Source: Nitrosopumilus sp.
GTDB lineage: Archaea > Thermoproteota > Nitrososphaeria > Nitrososphaerales > Nitrosopumilaceae
Length of the DNA stretch: 64,000 nucleotides
Reading direction: 5' to 3'
NCBI GenBank assembly: GCA_965219345.1
Contig: OZ244732.1
Coordinates: 704,001-768,000 of the forward strand
Under the pieces are notes generated by a model. The model saw only the letters and a program-made list of their open reading frames with translations, ran no database searches and was not told the DNA's origin. A program made the position numbers and the translations under genes. The first letter of the stretch is position 1; each line of letters opens with the position of its first letter. This document shows, in pieces, positions 10,037 to 20,193 of this stretch.

Positions 10037-11158
10037 ATGGACAAAAAAATCCTAGGCACAATTGCAGGCATAGTAGTAATTATTGCCGTAACAGCTGTTG
10101 TTTTGAGTTTACCAACCCAAGAAATTATCACCACTCCTCTAAAAGCTAATGAAAAAATTGGTCTTGTAATTAATTCCCCAAATCAATCTGTAACATTACA
10201 AGAATTAGATCAGGTTTACTCTAAAGCCTCGAGTACTGGAATTGGAAGAAGTAATGTCTATCTTTTTTGGAATCTAGTTGAACCTGTACGAGGAGAATAT
10301 GATTGGCAACAATCAGACACATTGATGAGCTTTAACAAAAAAAATAACCTCAAAGTCACACTATACTTTTCTATAATTAATGGAGAAACACTTGGGCCTT
10401 TTCCAAGTTGGATTGGCAAACCACCTCTTAACTTCCTAGGAGAAGATAGAGTTGCTAGTATCATTGATGCTATCTTGTCTAGATATGATATTATAGATAC
10501 TCTAATTCTTTCAGGAGAAACAGAGTCTCAATTTAGATTTCATGAGCAAAACATTCCTGTTTACAAAGATCTTTTCAATGTAGTTTATGATAAAATAAAA
10601 GAGAAGCACCCAGACGTAAAAATAGGAAATGCATTTGCATTACATAATGTTTTAAATAAAAACTTGAAACATATTGTATCTGATTTAGCTATTGGTGACT
10701 TTATTGGCTTCTCTTATTCCCCAGTTGATTCCCTAAATGAAATTGTTAAAACCCCGCAACAGGCAAAACAAGACCTACAACAAGCATTTGATCTTGTAGG
10801 AGATAAAAAACTTGGAATTTTTGAGATTAGTTGGAGTACCTCAGATTTTGTTAGGGGAAGTGATTCTGCACAAACAGAATTTTTACAAAAATCCTTTGAA
10901 TTTTACACTGAAAATGAATCTGAATTGGAATTTTTTACCTGGTATAGACAGTATGACAGGCCTGAAGGAACATGTGTGATTGCTGAACAAGAAATTGGTG
11001 AAGATAAACTAACTGTTGGGGGTTCTGGTTTTGGAAGCAGTGAGCATGTAATTGAAAGATTAAGTAACTACATCTGTAGTGCTGGTTTGATCAATAATGA
11101 CGGGACTTCAAAATCAAGCTGGAATGAATTTAAAAAACAAATTGAAATGATTAACTAA
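10037..11158 (+). CDS. membrane-anchored glycoside-hydrolase-like (TIM barrel) protein
   Basis: N-terminal TM helix; WNLVEPVRGEYDW motif typical of clan GH-A folds. Confidence 0.5.
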   Translation: MDKKILGTIAGIVVIIAVTAVVLSLPTQEIITTPLKANEKIGLVINSPNQSVTLQELDQVYSKASSTGIGRSNVYLFWNLVEPVRGEYDWQQSDTLMSFNKKNNLKVTLYFSIINGETLGPFPSWIGKPPLNFLGEDRVASIIDAILSRYDIIDTLILSGETESQFRFHEQNIPVYKDLFNVVYDKIKEKHPDVKIGNAFALHNVLNKNLKHIVSDLAIGDFIGFSYSPVDSLNEIVKTPQQAKQDLQQAFDLVGDKKLGIFEISWSTSDFVRGSDSAQTEFLQKSFEFYTENESELEFFTWYRQYDRPEGTCVIAEQEIGEDKLTVGGSGFGSSEHVIERLSNYICSAGLINNDGTSKSSWNEFKKQIEMIN

Positions 11159-11159
11159 A

Positions 11160-11828
11160 ATGATTTCCTTAATTTTATCTGAATCGGCATTAGAGCTTGT
11201 TCCATCTGAATTAAAACATCATCCATCAGTTATCTCGCATGCAAGAAAACTTGGAAAACACACATCAGAAATCTTACTAGATAATTCTTGGCATTTTGCA
11301 GCTATGAAAGGAATCAAAAATGAAATGAAAAGAGGACGACCAGATCTAGTGCACTTTTCAGTACTTGAAGCTACTACAATTCCATTATATCTCCAAAATA
11401 AAATGAAACTTTTTGTTCATACAATTGATGATAAAGTGATATACTTTGGTCAAAATGTTCATGTACCTAAATCATATCACAGATTTGAAGGTCTAATTGA
11501 AAAATTGTATCAAGAAAAAAAAATTACAACCAATAATGATATGTTACTTGATATCAAAGAAAAAACATTTTCAGAGTTGTTAGATGAAATCAGTCCATCA
11601 AAAATAATCGGACTTTCAACTAAAGGTATACTAAACTCATATGAAAAAATTGCAGTAGAGATATCAGATGATACATGTATTGTGATTGGAGGATTCCAAA
11701 AAGGAAATTTTTCTGATTCAATTGAAAACAAACTAAGTACTTTGTATTCTATTGGCAGTGAATCGTTTGAAGGTCATGTTGTGGTTGCTAGGATGCTTTA
11801 TGAGTACGAAAAAACCATTTTTATGTAG
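11160..11828 (+). CDS. nep1: 16S rRNA pseudouridine N1-methyltransferase Nep1/Emg1
   Basis: GRPDLVH, PKSYHRFEGL, IGGFQKG. Confidence 0.88.
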   Translation: MISLILSESALELVPSELKHHPSVISHARKLGKHTSEILLDNSWHFAAMKGIKNEMKRGRPDLVHFSVLEATTIPLYLQNKMKLFVHTIDDKVIYFGQNVHVPKSYHRFEGLIEKLYQEKKITTNNDMLLDIKEKTFSELLDEISPSKIIGLSTKGILNSYEKIAVEISDDTCIVIGGFQKGNFSDSIENKLSTLYSIGSESFEGHVVVARMLYEYEKTIFM

Positions 11829-11850
11829 GAAATAAAATTTGCATTCTGTT

Positions 11851-11924
11851 GCAGTCATAGTATAGCCTGGTTAGTATTCGGGGTTTCCAACCCTGTGACG
11901 CGGGTTCGAATCCCGCTGACTGCA
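11851..11924 (+). tRNA. tRNA-Gly (anticodon TCC)
   Basis: GCAGTCA/TGACTGC acceptor stem, CGGGG-TTTCCAA-CCCTG anticodon arm, GGTTCGAATCC T arm, followed by T-run. Confidence 0.93.
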
Positions 11925-11975
11925 TTTTTTCATAATAATAAGAACTAATTTTTAGGTGTACTTTCAGAAACTATT

Positions 11976-12278
11976 GTGAAACCTGCAGTTAGAAAAATCG
12001 CGATGGAGAGAATGCAAATTCTTATTGAAAATGCAATTACTAACGCCAAAACAAATCCTGAACTTTCTCAGCGTCAAGCTTTACTTGCTCGTCGAATTAG
12101 TAGTAGACATAAAATTCGAATGCCTTATGGTCTTAGAATGGTTTTTTGTAAAAAATGCAAGTCCTTTATTGCACCTGGAGTTAATTCTAGAATTCGTCTA
12201 GGAAGAGCATCTATCAAATCGATCAGAATTTCTTGTCACTTGTGTGGGCATACTTATCGGAAAATAATATCTCAATGA
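11976..12278 (+). CDS. rnp4: ribonuclease P protein component 4 (Rpp21)
   Basis: IAMERMQIL, FCKKC..RIRL..CHLCG. Confidence 0.88.
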   Translation: MKPAVRKIAMERMQILIENAITNAKTNPELSQRQALLARRISSRHKIRMPYGLRMVFCKKCKSFIAPGVNSRIRLGRASIKSIRISCHLCGHTYRKIISQ

Positions 12279-12309
12279 TTTATAAGACGATTCTCAATTT
12301 TTTCACTTC

Positions 12310-12762
12310 ATGGCAAAGGTATTCGATGTACCACCGGATGTATTGATAGAAAGACTTGCAGCTATTCTGAAGAATGAAGATATCCCTGCACCTTCATGGA
12401 TTCCATTTGTCAAAACTGGAGCTCATGCTGATAAACCACCACAAGACAGAGAATGGTGGCATACTAGATGTGCATCCTTAATGAGAAAAATTTACCTTAA
12501 TGGTCCTATTGGAATTAATGAATTAAGAAATGAATATGGTGGCGGTAGGCCATCTGGATATGGAGCTGCTCATCACAAAGATGCTGGTGGTGCAATTATA
12601 CGCAATGCCATTCATGGATTAGAAAAACTTGGCTATGTAGAAAAAGTTGAGAAGAAAGGTCGTGTTATTTCCAAACAAGGAATGCAAAAACTCGATAGAC
12701 TAGCAACAGAAATTCTTAAAGAACTAATTGTAGAAAATCCTCAATTGAAAGTATACACTTAG
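12310..12762 (+). CDS. rps19e: 30S ribosomal protein S19e
   Basis: VKTG..PPQ..WWHTRCASLMRKIY..GPIG. Confidence 0.95.
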   Translation: MAKVFDVPPDVLIERLAAILKNEDIPAPSWIPFVKTGAHADKPPQDREWWHTRCASLMRKIYLNGPIGINELRNEYGGGRPSGYGAAHHKDAGGAIIRNAIHGLEKLGYVEKVEKKGRVISKQGMQKLDRLATEILKELIVENPQLKVYT

Positions 12763-12769
12763 ATTTAAA

Positions 12770-13117
12770 ATGAGTTCTCCAAATTCTGATGAACCAGAAT
12801 ATCACGGACATTCCCATAATGATGGAACAGAACCTCATTCCCATGATGGTTCAGAACCTCATGAACACTCACATAGTGAAGCAGAAATTTCAGCACAAAA
12901 GGAACAGATTCTAAAACAAATTCTTACATCCGAAGCTAGAATGAGATTAAACAATATCAAAATGGTAAAACCAGAATTATCTAATCTTGTAGAACAATAT
13001 CTCATTGGAATGGCAACTCAAAGAAAAATTCCAGGTCAGATAACTGATGATCAACTAAAGCAAATATTGATCTCTATTCAGCAACCAAAACGCGATTTTA
13101 AGATAAATCGAATATAA
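12770..13117 (+). CDS. PDCD5-family DNA-binding protein with His-rich N-terminus
   Basis: ILTSEARMRLNNIKMVKPE..ITDDQLKQIL; typical position after rps19e. Confidence 0.85.
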   Translation: MSSPNSDEPEYHGHSHNDGTEPHSHDGSEPHEHSHSEAEISAQKEQILKQILTSEARMRLNNIKMVKPELSNLVEQYLIGMATQRKIPGQITDDQLKQILISIQQPKRDFKINRI

Positions 13118-13158
13118 TTCTAATAAAATATAATTATGGGTCTAAGATTGGGTTAGTC

Positions 13159-14238
13159 ATGAAAGCCGTTGTATACACTGAATATGCCCCAGATGATAAT
13201 TTTGCTAAAATCCTCAAAGTCCAGGATATAGATGAACCAAAACCAAAAGCAGATGAAGTTATTTTCACCAACAAAGCATCCGCATTAAATTATAATGACA
13301 TTTGGGGAATGAGAGGAGTACCTGTTGCAGTTCCACTCCCACATGTTTCTGGATCCGATGTTGCAGGCGATGTCACCGCAGTTGGTGATGATGTAAAAAA
13401 TTTCAAGGTAGGCGACAAAGTTGTTTCTCATTCAAACTTGGCATGTAGAGTTTGTAAAGCATGCACTGATGGAAGAGAATTTGATTGTCTTCAGAGACAG
13501 GTTTGGGGTTTCCAAACAGGCCCAAACTGGGGAGCATTTTCTGAACAGATTCATTTACCAGAAGTTAATGTCTCAAAAATTCCAGAAGGGGTTTCTTATG
13601 ATGAAGCAGCTGCTGCATCAATGACATTACTGACATCATGGCACATGTTGGTTGGAAGAGCAAAAATTACACCAGGACAAACTGTTTTGATTATGGGTGG
13701 TGGTTCTGGAGTAGGTAGCTTTGGTATTCAAATTGCAAAACTATACAATTGTGATGTTATTGCAACTGCAAGCCCAGACAAACTAGACAAATGTCTAGAA
13801 CTTGGTGCAGATTTTGCAGTAGATCATAGAAAAGAAGATTGGCATAAAGAAATTAGAGCAATTACAAAAGAGATTGCTAAGAAGAAAGGTGAAGCACCTG
13901 GAATTGATCTTTCCTTTGATCACATTGGTGAAACACATTGGAACAAACAACTAACATTACTCAAATATGGTGCAACTCTTGTTTCATGTGGTGCCACAAC
14001 AGGTTATGATGCAAAAACTGATCTAAGACATGTCTTCTTTAAAGGAATTAACATCTTAGGTTCAACACAAGGAACTAAAGCTGAACTAGATCAAGGTCTT
14101 TACTGGATGGGTCAAGGTAAAATAAAAGCTGCAATTGACTCCACATATAGATTTGAACAAGCAGCAGAAGCCCACACAAAGATGGTAACTGGAAAAGGTC
14201 TCTTTGGCAAAATCTTAATGAAGCCAGAGGGCGCTTAA
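13159..14238 (+). CDS. zinc-binding medium-chain dehydrogenase/reductase
   Basis: CRVCKAC..C structural Zn site, GGGSGVG nucleotide-binding motif. Confidence 0.85.
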   Translation: MKAVVYTEYAPDDNFAKILKVQDIDEPKPKADEVIFTNKASALNYNDIWGMRGVPVAVPLPHVSGSDVAGDVTAVGDDVKNFKVGDKVVSHSNLACRVCKACTDGREFDCLQRQVWGFQTGPNWGAFSEQIHLPEVNVSKIPEGVSYDEAAAASMTLLTSWHMLVGRAKITPGQTVLIMGGGSGVGSFGIQIAKLYNCDVIATASPDKLDKCLELGADFAVDHRKEDWHKEIRAITKEIAKKKGEAPGIDLSFDHIGETHWNKQLTLLKYGATLVSCGATTGYDAKTDLRHVFFKGINILGSTQGTKAELDQGLYWMGQGKIKAAIDSTYRFEQAAEAHTKMVTGKGLFGKILMKPEGA

Positions 14239-14245
14239 TCGTTTA

Positions 14246-15103
14246 ATGACGCATCTTTTCCGTAGTCTTATTTTTGTTCCTGGAAATAACCCAAGATTTC
14301 TTGAAAAAGCAAAAAAACTACAAGCTGACATTGTTTGCTTTGATCTAGAAGATTCTGTTCCTGATAATGAAAAAACAAATGCAAGGAAGCTAATCAAATC
14401 CGCATTAAAATCTCGTAAATTCTATAAATCTTCAATTTTTGTTCGTACAAACTCTCCAACATCTGGGAAGATTCCTTCTGATCTTAAAGAAGTAGTTCAA
14501 AAAGGCATTGATGGAATTGTAATTCCTAAAGTAAACAATGTCAAAGACATGAAAAAAATTGAAAAAATCTTATCTGGATTAGAAAAGACACGAAAATTAA
14601 AACCAATTCAAATAATTCCTTCTATTGAATCTGCAGAAGGTGTGATAAACACCTTTAGTATTGCATCTTTTGGAAAAAGAATATCTGCAGTAGTCTTTGG
14701 TGTTTTTGATCTACTAAATGACCTAGGAATTGAATATTCAAAAGAATCAATAGGTGCCTTGTATTCAAGAGCAAAAATTCCTGTTGATATACATGCAGCT
14801 GGAGTTGTAGCAATAGATGCAATTTGGCAGGATCTTAAAGATTCTAAAGGATTAGTAAAAGATTGTAAAATCGGCAAAAGCCTTGGATATTCTGGAAAAA
14901 GTATCATACATCCAGATCAAATTCCCGTTGTACACAAATTATTTCATCCAAACAAAAGTGAAATTTCTTGGGCAGAAAAAGTATGCAAAATCTATCTTAA
15001 ATCTACAAAGAAAGGAACGGGTGCTACAACAGTTGATGGAAAAATGATTGATGAAGTACATTTCAAGCAAGCAAAAGCACTACTTGACCTTGTAAAGCAA
15101 TGA
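14246..15103 (+). CDS. CitE/HpcH family CoA-ester lyase
   Basis: RSLIFVPG, DLEDSV, IPKV, IESAEG, GKSIIHPDQI, DGKMID. Confidence 0.85.
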   Translation: MTHLFRSLIFVPGNNPRFLEKAKKLQADIVCFDLEDSVPDNEKTNARKLIKSALKSRKFYKSSIFVRTNSPTSGKIPSDLKEVVQKGIDGIVIPKVNNVKDMKKIEKILSGLEKTRKLKPIQIIPSIESAEGVINTFSIASFGKRISAVVFGVFDLLNDLGIEYSKESIGALYSRAKIPVDIHAAGVVAIDAIWQDLKDSKGLVKDCKIGKSLGYSGKSIIHPDQIPVVHKLFHPNKSEISWAEKVCKIYLKSTKKGTGATTVDGKMIDEVHFKQAKALLDLVKQ

Positions 15104-15804
15104 TTGATCTTCTTGATCCAACAAATGTAATTACTAGAATGTTTAATTCTGGAAAATATGATGAAATGTACAATTATTGTAAAAATTTGCTTGAAAAAAT
15201 TCCTAATGACATGGTTGCTCTCCAAAATATTTCATTGTCCCTGATTTACTTGAAAAAATATGAAGAAGCTATTATTTATTGTGACAAAGTTCTAGAAATA
15301 AAAAATTCAGATACTTATGCACTAAAAAATAAGATCTATGCTCTTGAAAATTTGAAACAATATGAACAAGTTTTGAAATTGTGCAAACAAATTCTTTCTA
15401 TAAATTCTAGAGATATCTGGGCTCTAAACAGTATGGGACTATCCCTAAATGAACTTGATCGACATCAAGAGGCACTTGAATATTATGATAAATCTCTTGA
15501 AATAGATATAGATGATGTTACTGCTTTGATGAATAAAGCTATTTCTCTTAGTCATTTGGGTAACTACAAAGATGCAATAGACTATTATGATAAAGCTCAA
15601 ACTATTGATTCAAGTCTAAAAGAAGCACCAATTGTCAAATCACGATTATTTGAAAAATTAGGTATGGAAGATGACGCATTTTTAGCAGCACAAGGCGTAC
15701 TTAACAAAGAAATGGAAAAAATCAAGATGGATGCCAAAAAAAACAAATGTTCTGTTTTTCATCAATTTTGTGAAGATGAATTTGAAAAGTCTGATTCTAA
15801 ATAA
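15100..15804 (+). CDS. tetratricopeptide repeat protein
   Basis: repeated A(L/I)xYYDKxLxI TPR units. Confidence 0.85.
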   Translation: MIDLLDPTNVITRMFNSGKYDEMYNYCKNLLEKIPNDMVALQNISLSLIYLKKYEEAIIYCDKVLEIKNSDTYALKNKIYALENLKQYEQVLKLCKQILSINSRDIWALNSMGLSLNELDRHQEALEYYDKSLEIDIDDVTALMNKAISLSHLGNYKDAIDYYDKAQTIDSSLKEAPIVKSRLFEKLGMEDDAFLAAQGVLNKEMEKIKMDAKKNKCSVFHQFCEDEFEKSDSK

Positions 15805-15831
15805 TTTTATACAGAGAATTCTTAGTGGTTT

Positions 15832-16419
15832 TTGATGTTTACAGGAATAGTAGAAGGAATTGGTAAAGTAGAAAAGATTTCCAAAAATACAAAAAATAGA
15901 AGTGCTATTCAAATGACTGTAAATTTAGGGAAACATGCTAAGGGACTAAAAATTGGGCAAAGCATTGCTCTTAATGGAGTTTGTCTTACTGTAACAAAGC
16001 TATCAAAATCTAGTTGCATTTTTGAAATGATTGAAGAAACCACAAAAAAAACTGACCTTGGAAATCTAAAGGTTGGTGGGATTGTAAACATTGAACGAAG
16101 TTTAAAAGCAGGTGATAGATTAGAAGGACACTTTGTTTTAGGTCACGTTGATGGAGTGGGAATAATTAAAAAAATTCTAAAAAAACCTAAAGAAATTCAA
16201 GTTTGGTTTGAAGTTCCAAAAAAACTATCAAAATATGTAGTGAAAAAAGGTTCCATTGCTATAGATGGAATTAGTTTTACTGTTGTTGATATCAAAAATA
16301 CTCTTGCATCAGTGTCAGTAATTCCTCACACCATTGAAGTCACAAATCTTGGCACCAAAAAAGTGGGCGATAAAGTTAATATTGAAACTGATATTCTTGG
16401 TAAATACATTCTAAAATAA
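15832..16419 (+). CDS. ribC: riboflavin synthase (bacterial alpha type)
   Basis: MFTGIVE N-terminus, SIALNGVCLT, GHFVLGHVD, VNIETD. Confidence 0.92.
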   Translation: MMFTGIVEGIGKVEKISKNTKNRSAIQMTVNLGKHAKGLKIGQSIALNGVCLTVTKLSKSSCIFEMIEETTKKTDLGNLKVGGIVNIERSLKAGDRLEGHFVLGHVDGVGIIKKILKKPKEIQVWFEVPKKLSKYVVKKGSIAIDGISFTVVDIKNTLASVSVIPHTIEVTNLGTKKVGDKVNIETDILGKYILK

Positions 16420-16447
16420 AGCCAATTATCTACAATTTTAGTGGTAA

Positions 16448-16465
16448 TTACTACTTTTTTAGTAA
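16448..16465. promoter_or_regulatory. 18-bp palindrome upstream of ribB operon; candidate riboflavin-regulator (RbkR-type) operator
   Basis: TTACTA-CTTTTT-TAGTAA adjacent to TTTATAA box ~30 nt before ribB. Confidence 0.4.
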
Positions 16466-16497
16466 ACTTTATAATTACTTTGTAACAATTTTTGTAC

Positions 16498-17163
16498 ATG
16501 TCACTTGAATCTGGATTAGAATCTCTAAAACGTGGAGAATTTATTTTGTTGTTTGATTCTGCTGGACGAGAAAATGAAATTGATATGGTTGTAGCTGCAG
16601 AGTTTGTTACACCAGAACATGTTGCAAGAATGCGTCAACATGCTGGTGGATTATTATGTATTGCAATAGATCATAATTTTGCAACATCACTTGAATTAAG
16701 ATACATGCATGAAATTCTTGCTGATTCTCCAATTTCAAATAAGGAGATGATTATGGGTTTGGCCCCTTATGGTGATTATCCAACTTTTTCATTGTCTGTA
16801 AATCATTATCAAACTTATACTGGAATTACTGACAAAGATAGAGCATTGACAATTAACGAAATGGCAAATATCTATGATGTTGAAAATAAACAGAAAAAAT
16901 TTGCTTCATCTTTCAAAACTCCAGGTCATGTTCCTTTATTGATAGCATCAAAAGGAATGTTAGCTGCACGTCAAGGGCATACTGAAATGTCTGTTTACTT
17001 AGCTCAAATTGCAGGATTAACTCCAATTACTGCAATTTGTGAAATGATGGATGCCGAAACATATGCTGCATTATCTGTAGATAAGGCAGAAAAATTTGCA
17101 AAACAAAATGGAATCCCCTTAATTGATGGAAAAGAACTTTTAGAATACGCTAAGGTGTATTAG
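16498..17163 (+). CDS. ribB: 3,4-dihydroxy-2-butanone 4-phosphate synthase
   Basis: RENEIDM, TGITDKDRA, FKTPGHV, RQGHTE, ICEMM. Confidence 0.92.
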   Translation: MSLESGLESLKRGEFILLFDSAGRENEIDMVVAAEFVTPEHVARMRQHAGGLLCIAIDHNFATSLELRYMHEILADSPISNKEMIMGLAPYGDYPTFSLSVNHYQTYTGITDKDRALTINEMANIYDVENKQKKFASSFKTPGHVPLLIASKGMLAARQGHTEMSVYLAQIAGLTPITAICEMMDAETYAALSVDKAEKFAKQNGIPLIDGKELLEYAKVY

Positions 17164-17165
17164 TT

Positions 17166-17582
17166 TTGAATATTGCAGTAGTGGTTTCGGAATTCAATAA
17201 AGAAGTGACATCTAGGATGCTTTCTGTAGCTCAAGAAAAAGCAAACTTGATGAAATTAAAAATTACGTATACATGTAATGTTCCTGGTGCATTTGACATG
17301 CCTATTATTGTAGATGCATTATTGAAGAAAAAAAATGTTGATGGTGTAGTAACATTAGGCGCGATAATTAAGGGTCAAACAAAACATGATGAGGTGATCT
17401 CTCATTCTACTGCAAAATCACTTACTGATTTATCCATAAAATATCAAAAACCTGTTTCTTTTGGAATATCTGGTCCTGGAATGCAAGAAAGACATGCTTA
17501 TGCTCGAATACGACCTGTTGCTGAACATGCGGTTGAAGCTGTTGTAAAAATCTCTAAAGAACTACAGAGGATCCAAAAATGA
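17166..17582 (+). CDS. ribH: 6,7-dimethyl-8-ribityllumazine synthase
   Basis: VSEFN, VPGAFDMP, LGAIIKGQTKH. Confidence 0.92.
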   Translation: MNIAVVVSEFNKEVTSRMLSVAQEKANLMKLKITYTCNVPGAFDMPIIVDALLKKKNVDGVVTLGAIIKGQTKHDEVISHSTAKSLTDLSIKYQKPVSFGISGPGMQERHAYARIRPVAEHAVEAVVKISKELQRIQK

Positions 17583-18331
17583 TTCAACTTAGTATCTTGA
17601 AAATTAGCGGATATGGTCCTTGGACATTGACATTAGGAAGTGACAGAGAACATGAACTCCAAATGCTTCAAGCATCACTTTACAAAGAAGTACAGAAACT
17701 GTTTTCTAAAAAAAATTGCCTTGTTTTTCTTAATCGAGCAGATGAATTTTTTGTAGTTTCAAATGGACTTGAATTAGATGATCATATTCAAATTCAAAAA
17801 GTACTCAAAAAATTATTTGATATACGTTTAACTGTTTCAATTGGTTACGGTAAATCTCCATTTGAAGCCAACTTGAATGCATACGAAGGAAAGAAAAATG
17901 AAACCATATTAAACAAAGAACATAATATTTTTGGTTTTGTTAATGGTAAATCTGACTCAAAAGTTTCAATTATGCATTTAGATGTAGACGATCTTACTTC
18001 AAAAGGAACAACTAATTCCCCTTATGAGATTTCATCAATAATTTTTGAATTATATTCAAAAATGTCAAAATATTTTCTGGAAAAAAATTCTCTCACCTTT
18101 TTTATGGGTGGTGACAACTTTATGGTAATTGCAAGTGATGATGCAAAAAATTCTGTCCAGAACTTCATTGACATAATTAAAAGTGATGACAAAATTTCTT
18201 TGAATTGTGGAATAGGTAATGGACATACTGCTAGAGAAGCAGTAAAACTAGCCACAAAATCTCTTGATACTATACGAGAAATTCGAGATTCAGGTAAAGA
18301 AAAACCTGAAATTTATGAATTGTCATGTTAA
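17579..18331 (+). CDS. gch3: GTP cyclohydrolase III
   Basis: YGPWTLTLGSDREHELQMLQ, FMGGDNF; within riboflavin cluster. Confidence 0.85.
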   Translation: MIQLSILKISGYGPWTLTLGSDREHELQMLQASLYKEVQKLFSKKNCLVFLNRADEFFVVSNGLELDDHIQIQKVLKKLFDIRLTVSIGYGKSPFEANLNAYEGKKNETILNKEHNIFGFVNGKSDSKVSIMHLDVDDLTSKGTTNSPYEISSIIFELYSKMSKYFLEKNSLTFFMGGDNFMVIASDDAKNSVQNFIDIIKSDDKISLNCGIGNGHTAREAVKLATKSLDTIREIRDSGKEKPEIYELSC

Positions 18332-19515
18332 TCAAAAATCTAAGTATTTTATCAGGCCAAGAATTGGATTTTGTTTCAAATACTAATATTAAAATTCAGA
18401 ATAAAATATTTAAAAAAATTCAACCAAAAATTAGACCAAGTGTTAAAGAAGAATCTATAGATTGTGAAGGTCTTCTATTGATTCCTGGATTCATCAATGC
18501 TCATACACACATAGGTGATTCCATTGGAAAAGATATTACACTAAACAGTTCTGTTGATAAACGAATTCATCCTGTATTTGGGGCTAAATCCAAAATTCTA
18601 AAAAACACTTCACAAGAAAATTTAGCTAATTTCATGAAAAATACATGTCATACAATGATTCGAAAAGGGATCACCACATTTGTTGATTTTAGAGAAGGTG
18701 GATTAGATGGTGTTGCTTTACTCAAAAAAGTATTATCTGATGTTCCTTTACGTTCAATCATTCTAGGTAGAGTGGAATTTTATCAAGGATCCGCCGAAAT
18801 CAGAAAAAACTTGCCTTTCCCTAGAGAAAAAATTGAAGATCTTGCTGGACTCCTCAAAAAATGTGATGGAATTGGTATAAGTGGTGCAAATGAAAATAGC
18901 ACATCAGTACTAAATTACTATTCAAAAATAACAAAACTCAGAGCCATGCATTCTTCTGAAACAAAACTAAGTGTTTCTACATCAAAGAAAATTACCGGAA
19001 AATCTGAAACAGTTCGGGCTTTATCTCTAAAACCTCATTTTTTGGTTCACATGACTTATGCTTCAAAAGGTGATCTCAGTGCTGTGGCAAAGAGAACTAG
19101 AGGAATTGTAATCTGCCCAAGGGCCAATTCGTCTCTAGCTGAGGGAATTCCAGACATAGAATTGATGCAAAAGGCAGGATGTACATTAGCTTTAGGTACG
19201 GATAATGTGATGATAAATTCTCCCGATATGTTTAGAGAAATGGATTTTCTTTGGAAGGCAACTATGGGAATTCACAAAAAAAGAATCAATCCAAAAGAAA
19301 TTCTTAAAATGGCTACAGTTAATGGGGGAAAAATTTTGAAAAAAGATATTGGAGTAATCGAAATTGGAAAAATTGCTGACTGTATTTTTCTTGATAAGCA
19401 TGCATTAGATTTAGAACCAATGCATAACCCATATGCATCAATTGTTCATCGAGCATCAGAATCTGCAATTAAAGCAGTAATGATTGGAGGTAAAATTGTA
19501 CATGGAAAAATCTAA
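18325..19515 (+). CDS. metal-dependent amidohydrolase
   Basis: PGFINAHTH, LGTDN, GKIAD; within riboflavin cluster. Confidence 0.85.
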   Translation: MLIKNLSILSGQELDFVSNTNIKIQNKIFKKIQPKIRPSVKEESIDCEGLLLIPGFINAHTHIGDSIGKDITLNSSVDKRIHPVFGAKSKILKNTSQENLANFMKNTCHTMIRKGITTFVDFREGGLDGVALLKKVLSDVPLRSIILGRVEFYQGSAEIRKNLPFPREKIEDLAGLLKKCDGIGISGANENSTSVLNYYSKITKLRAMHSSETKLSVSTSKKITGKSETVRALSLKPHFLVHMTYASKGDLSAVAKRTRGIVICPRANSSLAEGIPDIELMQKAGCTLALGTDNVMINSPDMFREMDFLWKATMGIHKKRINPKEILKMATVNGGKILKKDIGVIEIGKIADCIFLDKHALDLEPMHNPYASIVHRASESAIKAVMIGGKIVHGKI

Positions 19516-20158
19516 ACCTTATGTAATTCTAAGTGCAGCAACATCAGTTGATGGAAAGATTGCTACTAGAACTGGTGATTCAAATCTATCTTCAAAACAA
19601 GATAGAGTAAGACTTCATAAGCTAAGATCTAAAGTAGATGCAATTCTTGTTGGAAAAAATACAGTTTTACTAGATAATCCTTTGCTAACTGTACGATATA
19701 CCAAAGGAAAAAATCCAATTAGAATAATTTTAGATTCTAAAGGTACTATATCTAGAAAATCAAAAATCCTAAAAACAAGTAACGAAATTCCAACAATCAT
19801 AGCTGTATCAAAAAAAATTAGTAAATCAAATTTTGATAAACTACGCAAATTTCCTGTGGAAGTAATTATTGCTGGCAAAAATTCTGTGGATATTAAATTA
19901 TTATTGAAAAAACTTTCCAATAAAAAAATAAATACAATACTTGTTGAAGGTGGTGGAACTGTTAATTGGGAATTTATTAAACATAATATTTTTGACGAAT
20001 TGATTATTACTCTATCTCCATTTTTAATTGGAGGGAACGATGCAATTTCTTTTGTTCAGGGACTAGGTTTTAAAAAAATTTCAAACTCTCCTAATCTTCG
20101 TCTTAAGTCAATCGAGAGGCTCAAAAATCACCTTGTTTTGAATTATGTTAAGGTGTAA
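19502..20158 (+). CDS. 2,5-diamino-6-ribosylamino-4(3H)-pyrimidinone 5'-phosphate reductase (RibD C-terminal/Rib7)
   Basis: SVDGKIA, DAILVG, DNPLLT, VEGGG. Confidence 0.88.
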   Translation: MEKSKPYVILSAATSVDGKIATRTGDSNLSSKQDRVRLHKLRSKVDAILVGKNTVLLDNPLLTVRYTKGKNPIRIILDSKGTISRKSKILKTSNEIPTIIAVSKKISKSNFDKLRKFPVEVIIAGKNSVDIKLLLKKLSNKKINTILVEGGGTVNWEFIKHNIFDELIITLSPFLIGGNDAISFVQGLGFKKISNSPNLRLKSIERLKNHLVLNYVKV

Positions 20159-20193
20159 GTTATATACCTAATTTAAAATAAAATTACAAGAAA

